A DNA stretch of 64,000 nt from Balanoglossus misakiensis (lineage: Eukaryota > Animalia > Hemichordata): the NCBI GenBank assembly GCA_040954595.2, contig CM082582.2, positions 3,394,303-3,458,302 on the forward strand, written 5' to 3'. Both the position numbers and the translations under genes were made by a program. The notes below the pieces were generated by a model. The model was not told the origin of the DNA and made no database searches. It saw nothing but the letters and a program-made list of their open reading frames with translations. Of the stretch, positions 25,458-38,055 are shown piece after piece. The number at the start of each line of letters is the position of its first letter. The stretch's first letter is position 1.

Positions 25458-27145
25458 TGAAGGAACCAAAGGAAGCTCGCAAGCTTCTGCGGAATTGGAA
25501 GAGGGTACGGGAGAAGGATGGCATTCTTTACCGAGTCGTGCATGATGCAGGGAGAGAGGTCACCCAGCTGATACTGCCAAGTACTCTGAAGGAGAAGGTT
25601 TTGAACGCTGTTCATGATGAAGTTGGGCATCAGGCTGCAGAGAAAACTACTGCTTTGGTCAGGAGTAGGTGTTACTGGCCAGGTATGATAGCGGACGTTG
25701 CCAACTATTGTCGTTCTTGCCAGCGGTGTACTTTGGCCAAAGCAGGGAAGCGGTTGCATCCCACCATGGGCTCCCTAACAGCTTCGAGACCACTGGAAGT
25801 GCTCGCAATGGACTTCACCGTACTCGAACCCAGCTCGAATGGCACCGAGAATGTTCTCGTACTCACTGACATATTCACCAAGTTCACTCAGGCGATCCCA
25901 ACGAAGGATCAGAGAGCTGTTACCGTAGCCCGTACTCTTGTTAGAGACTGGTTCGTGAGATTTGGCGTCCCGCAACGGATCCATAGCGACCAGGGTCGCA
26001 ATTTTGAAAGCAAGGTAATACAAGAGTTGTGTCAGATTTACGGCGTGAGGAAGAGCCACACCACCCCATATCACCCAGAAGGAAATGGGCAATGTGAACG
26101 TTACAACAGAACCCTCCATGATAGGCTGCGTACCCTCCCTCCAGAGAAGAAACGGAAGTGGCCTGAATACCTACCGGAGATTGTCTACGCGTATAACATA
26201 ACGCCACATTCATCCACCGGGTATTCCCCACACTACCTCTTTTTTGGGAGAGAACCTACCCTTCCAATTGACCACCTGTTCGGTACGGAGGCTTGTACAG
26301 ACGCAGACAGCCAGATGGATGATTGGGTTTTGGAACACCAAAAGAGACTGAACGATGCTTTCGAGATAGCATCACAAAATACTGAGAGAGAAGCCAAAAG
26401 GAGACGTGACAGAAATGATGCCAAGGCAGAGGACACTGATTTGCCTGTGGGCACAACTGTATTCTGTAGGAACAGAGCCATAAGAGGCAGGAACAAGATA
26501 CAGGATGCGTGGAACTCCGAACCATACCGTGTAATTAATAGGCTGGAAACAGGAGGCCACACCTATGTCATACAACCCTTCGACAAGGAAAGGTCAGTGA
26601 GGACTGTGCATAGGCGTGAGCTGCTAGATGCCAGACACATGATTATGGAAATGGATGACAGCTGTAAGCAGGAAACAGTGCCACTGGACGAACAGACAGA
26701 GGACAGTGATAGTGATTCCGACGACGACTTATGTATAGACAGCAAAAGTTTGGGTCACATCCTTGGTCAACCAGAGGAGCAGAGTGCACCCACCCACATC
26801 TCCACAGAGTTAGAAGATGACAAACCTAGAACAGTATGTCAGGATGATACTGTGATGTCCCGTGAAGAGTTGCCACAGACCCGCAGGACAGGTTTACCTG
26901 AACATTCTGGTGAGGAATCTCAACAGCCTTTGACAGATGGCGAGTGCGCGCAGTTGAGACGATCAACGAGGGCGAGTGCTGGATTGCATCCTAACCCGCA
27001 TCACTTACCACGGTCGGCTATTAGCGAGTCAAATTCTGGTGACGCTAGTGCCAGCCCACCACCCAAACTTGATCCACAAATGCTAGCTAACTTAGTCCAG
27101 TCTCATTTGTTCATGACACAATTGTTAAATTCCCAGAACTGTTAA
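25412..27145 (+). CDS. pol: Pol part 2: integrase, separated from part 1 by a 1-nt frameshift near 25437-25440
   Basis: HHCC (HDEVGH...CRSCQRC), DDE core (MDF, HSDQG, CER), GPY/F-like EPY, acidic tail. Confidence 0.93.
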   Translation: MVLLEFQTSPTNRQLMKEPKEARKLLRNWKRVREKDGILYRVVHDAGREVTQLILPSTLKEKVLNAVHDEVGHQAAEKTTALVRSRCYWPGMIADVANYCRSCQRCTLAKAGKRLHPTMGSLTASRPLEVLAMDFTVLEPSSNGTENVLVLTDIFTKFTQAIPTKDQRAVTVARTLVRDWFVRFGVPQRIHSDQGRNFESKVIQELCQIYGVRKSHTTPYHPEGNGQCERYNRTLHDRLRTLPPEKKRKWPEYLPEIVYAYNITPHSSTGYSPHYLFFGREPTLPIDHLFGTEACTDADSQMDDWVLEHQKRLNDAFEIASQNTEREAKRRRDRNDAKAEDTDLPVGTTVFCRNRAIRGRNKIQDAWNSEPYRVINRLETGGHTYVIQPFDKERSVRTVHRRELLDARHMIMEMDDSCKQETVPLDEQTEDSDSDSDDDLCIDSKSLGHILGQPEEQSAPTHISTELEDDKPRTVCQDDTVMSREELPQTRRTGLPEHSGEESQQPLTDGECAQLRRSTRASAGLHPNPHHLPRSAISESNSGDASASPPPKLDPQMLANLVQSHLFMTQLLNSQNC

Positions 27146-27207
27146 GATTGTATTTTAAAATTTTGAAAATGACCTTGTTGTGAAAATGGTTGCTGGGACA
27201 TCAACCA

Positions 27208-27222
27208 GCAAGCAGGGAAGTG
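27208..27222 (+). promoter_or_regulatory. Polypurine tract
   Basis: AGCAAGCAGGGAAGTG-like purine-rich run abutting the 3' LTR. Confidence 0.65.
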
Positions 27223-27599
27223 TGTAAGGCTGCGATTTTGACCACTCATATGTTTGAGGGCGCAATTTGGCTTGCGCATGCGCATTTCACAAAAATGGGA
27301 ATGCTCTGATTCTTGAGCGCCCACTGAAATTGTTGCTCGTCATTTTATCAGAAAATGGAGCGCTTGTGCCACATCGTGTAGTAGATCTGCATGAGTCCCT
27401 GCTTGGTGTTTTAGTGCGACAGTGCAGAGAATTATACAAAGCCACAGACACAGGTTGCATCCTGTCAGGGTTTTCTTTTCCTTCCTGGTTTTCGTTTTCC
27501 TCTTTGTCCTTGCCTTATGAATGTGGAATAGGGAATAAAAGAACCGGTATTGATGACTCCAGCTATATTGTCTGTGTGCATCTTTATACCAACGTTACA
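27223..27599 (+). repeat. 3' LTR
   Basis: 377-bp copy of 21054-21430. Confidence 0.95.
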
Positions 27600-29649
27600 T
27601 TAGCAAAAGTTATACTCTAACAAAGATAAGCTAAAATAATTATTTCGAGCACATACAATGTAAAATTAATTCTGCATGACTACAAAAATTAACTAAAGCA
27701 CATAAAAATTAATTCAAAGAAATGTGAAATTAATTCCAGTCTAAAATTAATTCTAACACGTTTAATAAATAATTACTACAATTTTGACCAGAACGGGCCC
27801 CATATACCTCTCACTCAACTACAATTTGCAGTGAGGCTTCCAGTTGCCTGTGTTTTGTATCACTAACCTCTCTCTTTTAGGCGACGGAATATGAGAATAC
27901 CTCCGATGTTCACGATGCACGTAGACTGCATAAAGCAGAACACTGGTCAAAGTCACAAGTTCAAGGAGCGACAATCGCCCCTTCGTCTGCAGCCCATCCC
28001 GCCAGTACATGCACGTCCAAGCCTCCATCTACAGCGTGTTGGCCTATACATTTTATCTTCTCACCCCCGAAACTATCTAGTAGATGACTATAACATTCAA
28101 TTACGTGTAATTTATCTCCAGGGCTATAGTGTGCAATTGTTGCAACAGCCAAAGAGTTCTGTCTGGACACCGTCTAAATTTAGAGCACACACTCTGCACT
28201 CAAGTGAACTTGTTGTTATGGCGACTTCTGAAATTGGGTCAGCAGAATGTAACAATTTTATGGAAATTAAAAAGAACTGCTTTCACTGCCATGGCGATTA
28301 TCAAGAATGTATCAGTTTTCCATGACCTTGTTTTCTTTGGAAGGAAAGTCATTCAATATATATGTTTATTTGGGCAGTTTGCCTAAACCGATGGGGAAGG
28401 CAGAAATCTGAAGGAATATATACCACTTCAATTGATGATCTTGAATGCAATAAATTTCATTTTTGTCGACTTTCCAAATACAGTGATGTTTATTGATTAC
28501 CGGTAAGGTTAGAAACACTTTCTTGTAGTTTTATGTCCCAGACTTTTAAAATAAAACAAGAATTTTTTTCTCCGCGTATACTATTGTTTTTGCAGTTGCA
28601 TTTATTTTATTCATTTCACTCTTCTTGCCAGGGGAGCAGTGTTATACTCACTCTCCTACCACTTGTATAGTTAATTCAATTCAGGAGAGTTATTTTCATT
28701 TCTCCAGCCTTTTTTTCATGTACGACGGTGAACCCGGGTATCTTGACATACCAGAAGACCCCCACCCATCATTTACTGAAAAGTCCGGTCCCTTACAATG
28801 ATTCTAACCACTGTCATAGTCTCAAATGAAGTGGCGAGTCGTACAGGGTCTTCCATCATGTTTTGGAAGGTCATTGTTTTTTTTAACCTTTGGTAGCGCT
28901 CCTTACACTTACGGTGGAAGTACAGTCGGAGTGTAGCAGAGCGCCCCCATTGGGCAAGGAGCTTATCTAGTCTTCAATATTCTTCCCCATTTCACATTTT
29001 GTGCCAAACATTTTAACACTTTTTTAATTGGGTTCAGCAACAAAACAACGAAAACAGAAGTGCTCTCGTGATAAAAAATGATAAGTCTCCGGGGGAGCCC
29101 TGCCACACAGCTTTGCTGAGGGGTGGGGGAGGCGACCTTTTGATACAGTCCATAACAAAATGGCAGTTCCTGTAGTCTCCGATTTCTTATTTTTCCTTTC
29201 AACTTTTGACCATATTTCTCTCTGTGTTGCCTGAGGGCTCTCTTACTATTTTTTTTTTATTTGGAAGGTACCCATTGCCACTCAAAATGTTTCAGTAAAC
29301 ACATGGGTTCTATAACCACCTGTTTTTGTCCAGAAAGGCATACTGCCATTTTTTCACCATTTCAACTGTCCGGTTTGCACCCAGTTACCAAGCAAGTGTA
29401 TCATGGGTAATAACTGCATTTTGCTTATCAAGGTGTCTGCATGTACATATACTGTCCACCACAGTTCTCCAAAAAAGTTGTATTGTGACAAGCATTAGAC
29501 TGCTGAAGACTTAAATTTCTGTACGTTAAACAAGATTTCAGTAAAATAGACCAAATTTCATGTTTTCTGTGGGAGAATTGAATTCTATCAGGAAATCTTT
29601 AGTTTCTATGTTTGATACAGTGCAGCGGATGATATCGGCAATGGTTTTT

Positions 29650-30224
29650 AGGTCCCATTGGTTTTTACCATGGTACCTTATGGGATCAGTTGCGTCTGTA
29701 TGTATGGATGTATGGATGGATGTATGTCTGTATGTCCGTCCACATCAAAAACTTGAAAACCGCTGCGCGTATAACCTCGATATTTGGTGTGCAGATGCAG
29801 GCTGGGCTGTAGATGGGAGTTTGTTCAAATGAAGTTGTCATTGCCAAAAATATGCAAATTAGCTGCAAAATGTGAATTTGGTCAAAACTCAGTAACTCAA
29901 GAACTACTGGTCAGATTGCTGTGCAAAGTGGTGTGTATTTACTTTATTGAGTTGTTTTAATTAGGCAGGAACTCCCTCCCGTGTTTCATATAAACACAGC
30001 AAATTCCTGAATGATTACATAACTGGCTAAGTTTTAAAGAGGCCAGCTGGTCTATTTAGTGTATGTACAGTACATATGCCATTGGCAGCTTATGGGTCAG
30101 TCAGTGTTTGCCCATTGATCTCTCTCTATGTGTGTGTGTCTGTCTGTCTGTATATGGCCATGTACTCCAGTGTAGACTTTTTCTTGTGTAATCCCTCAAT
30201 GGGACCGCCGTGTCCTTGACGCGA
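29650..30224 (+). mobile_element. Helentron-associated (HINE/DINE-1-like) element, copy 1
   Basis: T-rich flanks, 5' subterminal GGTCCCAT, (GTAT/GGAT)n core, 3' ATGGGACC and stem-loop cgtgtc-ctt-gacgcg. Confidence 0.72.
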
Positions 30225-30830
30225 TTTTTCAATTAAATTCATTCACTTCAATTTTTTGGGTGATGCTTTGCGATTCATTAGTGCTTGATTTTAAATTTTG
30301 TTGCAAATTTCAAGTTAATGAATTTGATGAGGATATTGATATTGGTGCCTGCAAATGTCCACTCAGTCCAAGTTCATTGTACAACTCCTGCTTTTATCAT
30401 ATTGCATCATCACTGAATTGGACCTATGATGAGTCAACACTGAGGATGTTCCCATGCACCATGTTGCACTCCCCCCCCCCCCATTAATTTCCATACAAAA
30501 TATGTGCATTTTACATGCCCCATTTGTCCAACCTCAGTGAGGGCTAGGGGGTATTGGCAGAACAGCATGGCTATTCCACAACTGTTTCTCTCCCCCCCCC
30601 CCCAGCATTCATCACAACACGTTTTACTCCTTCCCAATTCAACTTCCCAGAGGGAAGTGTCAATGTAATTTTGTGGTTTCCATGTTGAAATCGCACATTC
30701 ACCTCAACACGATTACATAGAGCCACTAAACCACACCTACACACATCAACTATCACTATAATGCATCCTGGAGTTTTCAAGTTTGACAGAGGCACAAATT
30801 CCACTAGCTCTTAATTACACAACCACTCAC

Positions 30831-31592
30831 GGCTAGTTATACTTTGCGAAACAACGAAACAGCGAAACGACGAAACCATTATTAAAATAGGGGCCAGTCA
30901 ACAAGACGGTGGCGTATGATTTTTCTAAAAGTTTCCAAATTAAAACGTAAGCGAGCCAAGAAAACTACAGATCAGATAATTGTTTTCTCGGAAATTCAAC
31001 ATTAGAATCAAATTTGACGTTGGAAACAAACGGCGGGTCGCCAGTTCCTGGTCTGCGGCCTGGTACTATGTAGTGGTAGAGTCGACGTCGTGTGCGCGCA
31101 AACGATTCATGCCACACTGCTACATATACACAGCGAATATACGCGCGCGCACAACGAAACCACAAAAGATCGAAACCTCAAAATGCGGCAGCAACTGACA
31201 CTATTTCCTTAAATACCACAAGGCGGGGAGGCATGAATTGCAATTAAGATAATAAAGAAATTTCGACAATGATACTGTGTTGTGTGAGTTACATGTGTTT
31301 CTATATATAACTACTACTCTTACCCCCCATCAGTGTTTGACCCTCGAAAGCTTACGGACACTACTGCTTTGTTTCAACTAATCCTTAGCCCTGTGAATAT
31401 ACTCGTACATTGACCTTTTGGGGCGGGATTCTTTTTTGGCGCGCAACCACTAGTACCAGGCCGCAGACCAGGAACTTATTTGGAAACTTTTAAAAAAATC
31501 ATACGCCACCGTCTTGATGACTGGCCCCTATTTTAATAATGGTTTCGTCGTTTCGCTGTTTCGTTTCGCTGTTTCGCAAAGTATAACTAGCC
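30831..31592. mobile_element. Non-autonomous MULE (Mutator-like) element
   Basis: TIRs over 100 bp starting GGCTAGTTATACTTTGCGAAAC; 9-bp TSD ACCACTCAC at 30822-30830 and 31593-31601. Confidence 0.88.
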
Positions 31593-32082
31593 ACCACTCA
31601 CACCAGTTTAGTCTCCATTCCCATTCAACCTAGCTGCATTCCTACAACCACATCCAAATGCATACACACACACAATACAGGTTCATTTTTACGTGAGTAG
31701 CGGATCACATACTTTATTGGATGAACTGAAAATTTACCCCGCACCAAAACCCAGAGATAAAACCCTTTTTTATGATAAGGGAAAAAATCCTCTGGGAAAG
31801 CGTAAGTAACTATACAGATTCACCAAATTTACAAAAATAATTGAATTTTAAATTAATGCCTCCTGAAAACCTAACTTTTATATGAGCATGCTAATCTGGC
31901 ATAAAAATAGTAGAAAGAGTAAGAAAATTTGCATTGCAAGTTTCAGGTAAAACTGAATTTGCATTGCAAGTTTCAGGTAAAACTGAAGAATACTAAAAGT
32001 TCATCACTGAATAAAAAAGTGTTCTCAGTAAATCATTTCTGCTTTTGTGTTATACTGTTCTATATAAAATGTTCACAATTAA

Positions 32083-32238
32083 AGGGCCACTACCTATAAC
32101 TTTTGGCGCAGATGCATTCAATTCTGGACTTGAATACAAATTTTAATAGTAACAATGCTGATTATGCACACAAGAAATCATGGTTAATACTCAGACCAAA
32201 ATTACTGAGAGTCGCCAAATGTTACACATAGTGGACCT
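32083..32238. mobile_element. Degenerate Kolobok-like MITE
   Basis: TTAA-agggccacta...ttggcg / cgccaa...tagtggacct; imperfect TIR. Confidence 0.4.
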
Positions 32239-32299
32239 TAGCGTATATAAGAATAAGTCTCATCCAAACTATGTTCAATAAATATTAGCACTTTGCAAT

Positions 32300-33600
32300 G
32301 TCAAGCAAAGGCAAAATCGTAAATTGCATTTTAAAACAGGAATAACAAAAAGAATATTATCAATCTTTGAATATGGCACACATAAGTTGTGTCAAAAGTG
32401 ACTAAAGTAGTGATCACAGGAAACTATACTGGTCTTGAAGAGATATACTTGAAGGATATCTCATCAGTTCCAGCCACTGAGAAAACTTCATTAAAGATCC
32501 CAAAATTGGGGAAAGAGAATTCGACACTACGATGAATGCAGAGATGACTACTCAAATAACTGAAAATTGCAAGTGTATAAAATAAATAAGATAAAATAAT
32601 TCTAAAAAGTGAAATCAATGTTGTTTTTTTGTTTGTTCAAATAGCGTAAATAATGTGTTCCCTGTAGGCCATGTAATTTCATAAAGGAATTTACTGCCCC
32701 TCTCTCCCCCCACCCCCACCAAATATAAAAACAGTTAGGCCTATATGGCTTCTACAAACACATTATTTATGCACTTATCAAGAAAATTTTCATCAAAAGT
32801 GTTCCATAAATAATACTTAAAATGTCAAGCAAAGGCAAATTGAAACCTCATTTGATATATGATTGGAAAGACTTCATTGAAAAGACCCCCAACCATTGAG
32901 TTAAAAAAGCGTATAAAATATAGAAATAAAGAAAAGTGAAATCAATGACACTTTTTTATTGTTCAAAAAGTGTAAATAATGTGTTCCCTTGTAAGCCATG
33001 TTATTTCATGAGAGAATTCTCTGCCCATACCCCCCCCCCACCCCAGAAAAAAAATATCTATGGCTTTTGTAAACACATTATTTACGAATTTATCAAGAAA
33101 ATATCATCAAAAAATCAAGTCCTTTAAACACTCACACAGAATTTTGTAAAAAGAATCTCTAAAACACACACACACACCAAAACTGTTCCATAAATAATTA
33201 CTTCACAACGTGAAGCTAAAGCAAATTGAAACCCTGACACACACACACAGTATTTGGGCCATCCCAAACAGAAAGGGGTCTTATGGTCCCTTTTTGCTTG
33301 GGATGATGGCCCATTTTGTAAAAAAAAAACTCTACAAAACACACACATACACACTCATCAAAATTGTTTCATAAATACATACATAAAGAATACAACAGAT
33401 ATACCGGTATATTGAACACTGCACACACAATGTGGAAAGCAACTAATGAAGTGATCCCAGGAAACTACACTGGACTTGAAGGATCTATTGCAATTGTTTT
33501 TCATCAAATCGGGTTAGTCATGTATGTGATATTCTCAAATATATTGCAAATTGAAACCTCCTCATCTGTTATAGCCATTGGGAAAACTTCATTAAAGACG
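32300..33600. repeat. Diverged local duplications (for example ~32610-32850 vs ~32935-33235 and ~32410 vs ~33450)
   Basis: Repeated blocks aaagtgaaatcaatg...gtaaataatgtgttccc...aaacacatta...tatcaagaaaat...gttccataaataat. Confidence 0.6.
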
Positions 33601-33683
33601 TACCCCCTAACACTGAGGAGAAATATACAGAAATACATGAATGTTAAAATATTCACACACACACACACATACATATTTTTTAT

Positions 33684-33995
33684 TTATAATATGCGAAATA
33701 ACAGTGGAGGAAGCGAAAACAGTGCGCGCAAAGATATAAAGGAGTTGAAGAGGGACTGCAATCTGGTGACTTCTTCTGCAAGGATGTAGACGTGCTCCAA
33801 TTTTGCTCCGCAGCAGGATGTGACGTCATAGGTGGTGATGTCATAGGTGAGCTGTTGTCCCCTGGATTTTCGCTGCTGTTGATCCACAACCAAGTGAGTC
33901 AGATTTGGAGAGAGGTAAACGTAACGACCAAGAGTGGAAACAACAGGTTGAAAATGGAGGAGGTACGTAGTAATTGTCGATGTGACCTGGCTCAT
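33684..33995 (-). CDS. Hypothetical compact 103-aa intronless ORF
   Basis: TCAGT lies 7 nt before the ATG and the stop overlaps AATAAA; more GC-rich than the flanks; no recognisable domain. Confidence 0.35.
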   Translation of the reverse strand: MSQVTSTITTYLLHFQPVVSTLGRYVYLSPNLTHLVVDQQQRKSRGQQLTYDITTYDVTSCCGAKLEHVYILAEEVTRLQSLFNSFISLRALFSLPPLLFRIL

Positions 33996-34842
33996 TCAAA
34001 GAACTGAATGAATGAAAGGGGGAACAAACATTAAGCCACTCTGACATAGGGGCCGTGTGCACAATGCGAGCTGATTGGTCAGGAAGGGGTGTTAAAGGTC
34101 AGGGGGGGGGGGGGGGGGGCTAGTGAAGACCACCTCAGTCTATTCACAAAAATGCATCTGTGACACAACACAGATCTTACTCAAAACTCAGCTCAGTACC
34201 AGAAACTCGCCCAAAGCAGGCAAATACAGTTACAAAGACAAAATATCACCAAGTGACTAGTGGGCTAGTCTAGCAAGGATGGTGAACCAGCTCTGTCAGG
34301 TAACCAAATACAACTCCAGACACGCAAAGAATCATGAAAATTCAGATATGAATGCAAAAATATAACTAAGGCAACATGTATGCCAAAATATAACCACAGA
34401 GTTCGGCCAGACACCATAAGACAATGAAAATTCAAAAATGAATTTTAAAAAACCAATGGCAATCACATATGCCAAAATTCAATCACAGAATACTCCAAGA
34501 CACCAAAAGATCATGAAAATTGAAAAAGGAATCCAAAAATATCACAGATGCCAAAACACGATGACACTAAGAACTCCAACACACCCAAAGAATCATGCCA
34601 TATTACATCACATAGCAAGGGAGCTAAAAATACGAATATTCAAATAAAAATTGAAAAAAATACAACTTTGGCAATCACATATGCCACCAAAAATCAATAG
34701 AACAATGAAATTCCTAGACGCAAAACAATGTCATCTGTCCGTAGAAAAAGGTCAGGAAAGGTTTGAGCAGTCTTGTCACTGCTCATCAAGATGCACTGCA
34801 GAATTATACAACTCACAAACAAACATACATGCAAACTGGTAT

Positions 34843-35337
34843 ACACACACACACACACACACACACACAGACCCTTGGGCTAGCCCTTGGGTATTTTACA
34901 TAGTATACAAACATATATTAACATATACATTAACATACATGGATACCCGGGTACGGTACATGCACATACACACACAGACTCTTGGGTATATACATACATA
35001 AATACCGGTACATACATACATACATACATACATACATACATACATACATACATACATACATACAATAAAGACAGACAGACAGACAGACAGACAGACATAC
35101 ATACATACATACAATACATACAAGACAGACAGACAGACAGACAGACAGACATACATACATGCATACGTACATACATACATAAAGGAGGGAGGGAGGGAGG
35201 GATGGGTGGATGGATGGATGGAATGATTGAATGAATGAATGAATGGATGGATGAATGGATGGATGAATGAATGAATGAATGAATGAATGAATGAATGAAT
35301 GAATGAATGAATGGATGGATGGATGGATGGATGGACA

Positions 35338-35408
<71 letters not shown>

Positions 35409-35410
35409 AA
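34843..35410. repeat. Compound microsatellite (CA, TACA, GACA, GGGA, GGAT, GAAT, AAAT)
   Basis: Seen directly. Confidence 0.95.
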
Positions 35411-36755
35411 GCTAACTTTGTATCATATGGCTATAAAAATCAATGTGACAAACTGACGGTTTGAAACCCAGAGTCCCCTGACTATTCTGCATATCTTTAA
35501 ATTTACACATCATATTCCCACTTCAATATTTATGAGAACATGGCCATTAAACCACTACTTCCTCTACATTACCAATTCATACTATCAAAATGTACAATAC
35601 TAGTAAATCATGCCTATCAATTTAGTTCAATTCAACTTTAGAGAGAGAGAGAGAGAGTAAGTCAAACAATATGCAATGGTAGCTTAGTGTTCATTGTCAT
35701 GTTGGCTTTCTAAACATAACTGTTCCGCACAACCCCTTGTTTACCATTAAGGGTATTTAAACTTTACTTTGTCTATAATTGTGGGTGTAATAATACACTC
35801 TTAGGTTGAATGGTAAACACCTGAAGGCTGTTGTATCCCGTGTTAGTGATTAGTATTAGTATTAATTTACACAGTGCTGCAGTTGTTACGTGCAGTGCTT
35901 ATTGTGTCTAAAGGACCCAACAACCTTCAGGTTAACCTCAATAAATCATGGTGATAATTTGTAGGACTGTAACAATAAAGAAATAGGATGAGCTTAATTT
36001 GAAAATATTTCATTTCAATGGCAAACATAAAGCAGTGTGGCATACTGAAAGGTACACATTGAAATTTAGTGTTAACCTGCCCCCCCCCCCTCTCTCTCTC
36101 TCCATGACACAAACATTTGGAACTGAGGTAAACATTGATCAATGTTCAATTGCAACCCATGGGGGAAGTTCTGTTCTTGAAATGACGATGAAATCAAACA
36201 CAGTTGGTTGAAGTCAGTAAAAATACAGCCATCAGTCCGAGGAAACTTCTCCGCATCCGATGTGTACTGGGCTTATGAATTCCTACATGTATCCTCTTCT
36301 TTCCTATAAACACAAAGAGCACATTTTACACTTACCTCATAGCAGCTAAGAGACATTTTACATAAACACAGAAACAAAAATGTGCTCCTGTCAGCTCCAC
36401 CCAATGAAGGAATTGATGGCTTCTGTGAATTGCTCCTCCTTTGCTCTCAGTGTTACAAATGAAGTGATGACATCCAAAGTACCTTACTCTTTTTATTGTT
36501 TTATTGAATGACATTATAACAGGCCGAGTCTGAGTAAGGGCTCCCAGACATGAAAAATCAGAACAACAGCCACATGGTCGGATCCCAAAATTGGATCATA
36601 CAGAGACAAAAAGCTGACATGCACATACATCAGAGTAGATCATGCTTGTATGAAATTGGAATAGAACTGGTTGAAGCATGTCTGACTAATGGCTCTGTAC
36701 TTCAATATTTTCTTTTAAAAAGATTGTTGCCTTTTGGCCGTACTTTATCAATCTA

Positions 36756-38053
36756 CAGTGGAACGTTGATTATCCGAACTTTGATTATCTGAATTATTTG
36801 ATTATGTAGTAGAACTTGCTTAATTATTGATTGATGGTTGGCGCTAGATGTTGGAACAGATGTTGCTAATTAATGCTAATTATTTTCCAACTATTAGCAA
36901 CGCCCGGGTCATTGCTCCGACCAATCAGTAGTGTGTGGCGTAGGGTGATTGACTTGAACAACATCAGAGTCAAGACCATGTAGTGACCTCGTTGCCGTGA
37001 CATCGCATTTTCAGTTCTATTGACATGCAGATCTGAGAAATGGAAGATTGTTGACTTCGTGGCCAGACCCGAGTGTGCAAGTCTATCTAAAACACACCGG
37101 GTATGTAGACCAGGCACCAAAGTCACCATCCCTGCCTCAGTAGTAGATGAAACTGTCCAAGAAGTGATCAACACACTTCCTGCAGAAGACTGTGCGCAAG
37201 TCTCCGAGTGGTTCAATGTCGACGAGGGTGATCCTGGCTACCAAACTCTCAACGATGAAGAAATCCTTCAGATTGCCCATCAACAGCAGACATCGATGCA
37301 CCGGCAGATGACAGCGACAAGGAAAACAGCGAACTGTGCGTACCCATTCCCACCAATGCCAAAGCAGCTGACATGTTCTCCCGATGATTGTTACGACTTG
37401 AAGTCCAGCCAGACAGTGACCCCGCCCAATGTTTACTTCTCCGCAGCATGCACCAGACAGCCATCCGAAAGCGTCATGAGACAGCCAAGCAGAAGACCAT
37501 CACCTCTTTCTTCAAGAAGCCCAGCCAGACAGTGACCCCGCCCAATGTTTACTTCCCCGCAGCATGCACCAGACAGCCATCCGAAAGCATCATGAGACAG
37601 CCAAGCAGAAGACCCTCACCTCTTTCTTCAAGAAGATGTAAGCACCTTAGCAGGACACTTAATTTAGTCATTGAACTCTTAAATGACAAGTTTTTGTTGT
37701 TTGTTGAATTTTATTGCAACATTGATCAACATGAACGTGCATGTCACATCTCTAGATGTGTAAATATTGAACTGTAAATGGTCAGGCTCAGTGTTCCGTC
37801 CTTTCATTTGTCAATTTTCTCATAACTTCACTTTATACAGTATTTAAAATGCTTCAAATTTACTTAGAAATAAACAAAACAGAAAGGAAAACGATGTGTC
37901 TTGTCTACTATGGTACAGGTGTACGTATGCATGTTATATGTGAGATATGACTTGAATGTGACCCCCCCCCCCCCAAGATCGCAGATCCTAACTGTTCGCA
38001 CATCGAACAAAAACCATGTCCCCCTAGGTGTTCGGATAATCAACATTCTACTG
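36756..38053 (+). mobile_element. Internally deleted pogo/Tigger-type transposon
   Basis: TA-CAGTGGAACGTTGATTATCCGAAC...GTTCGGATAATCAACATTCTACTG-TA; transposase C-terminal remnant EWFNVDEGDPGYQTLNDEEI...KQKTITSFF. Confidence 0.85.
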
Positions 38054-38055
38054 TA

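Larger units (their letters stand above)
21054..27599 (+). mobile_element. Full-length Ty3/Gypsy LTR retrotransposon
   Basis: TG...CA LTRs of 377 bp, 4-bp TSD TTAG (21050-21053 and 27600-27603), PBS, PPT, and gag followed by PR-RT-RH-IN order. Confidence 0.97.

Noticed and set aside
22161-26745. Many short antisense or overlapping ORFs in gag/pol
   Set aside because: Expected shadows of a long coding region; no motifs; no env-like ORF seen.
34880-35338. YVCM/HTYI-repeat ORFs (also 44737-45160)
   Set aside because: Translations of microsatellites.
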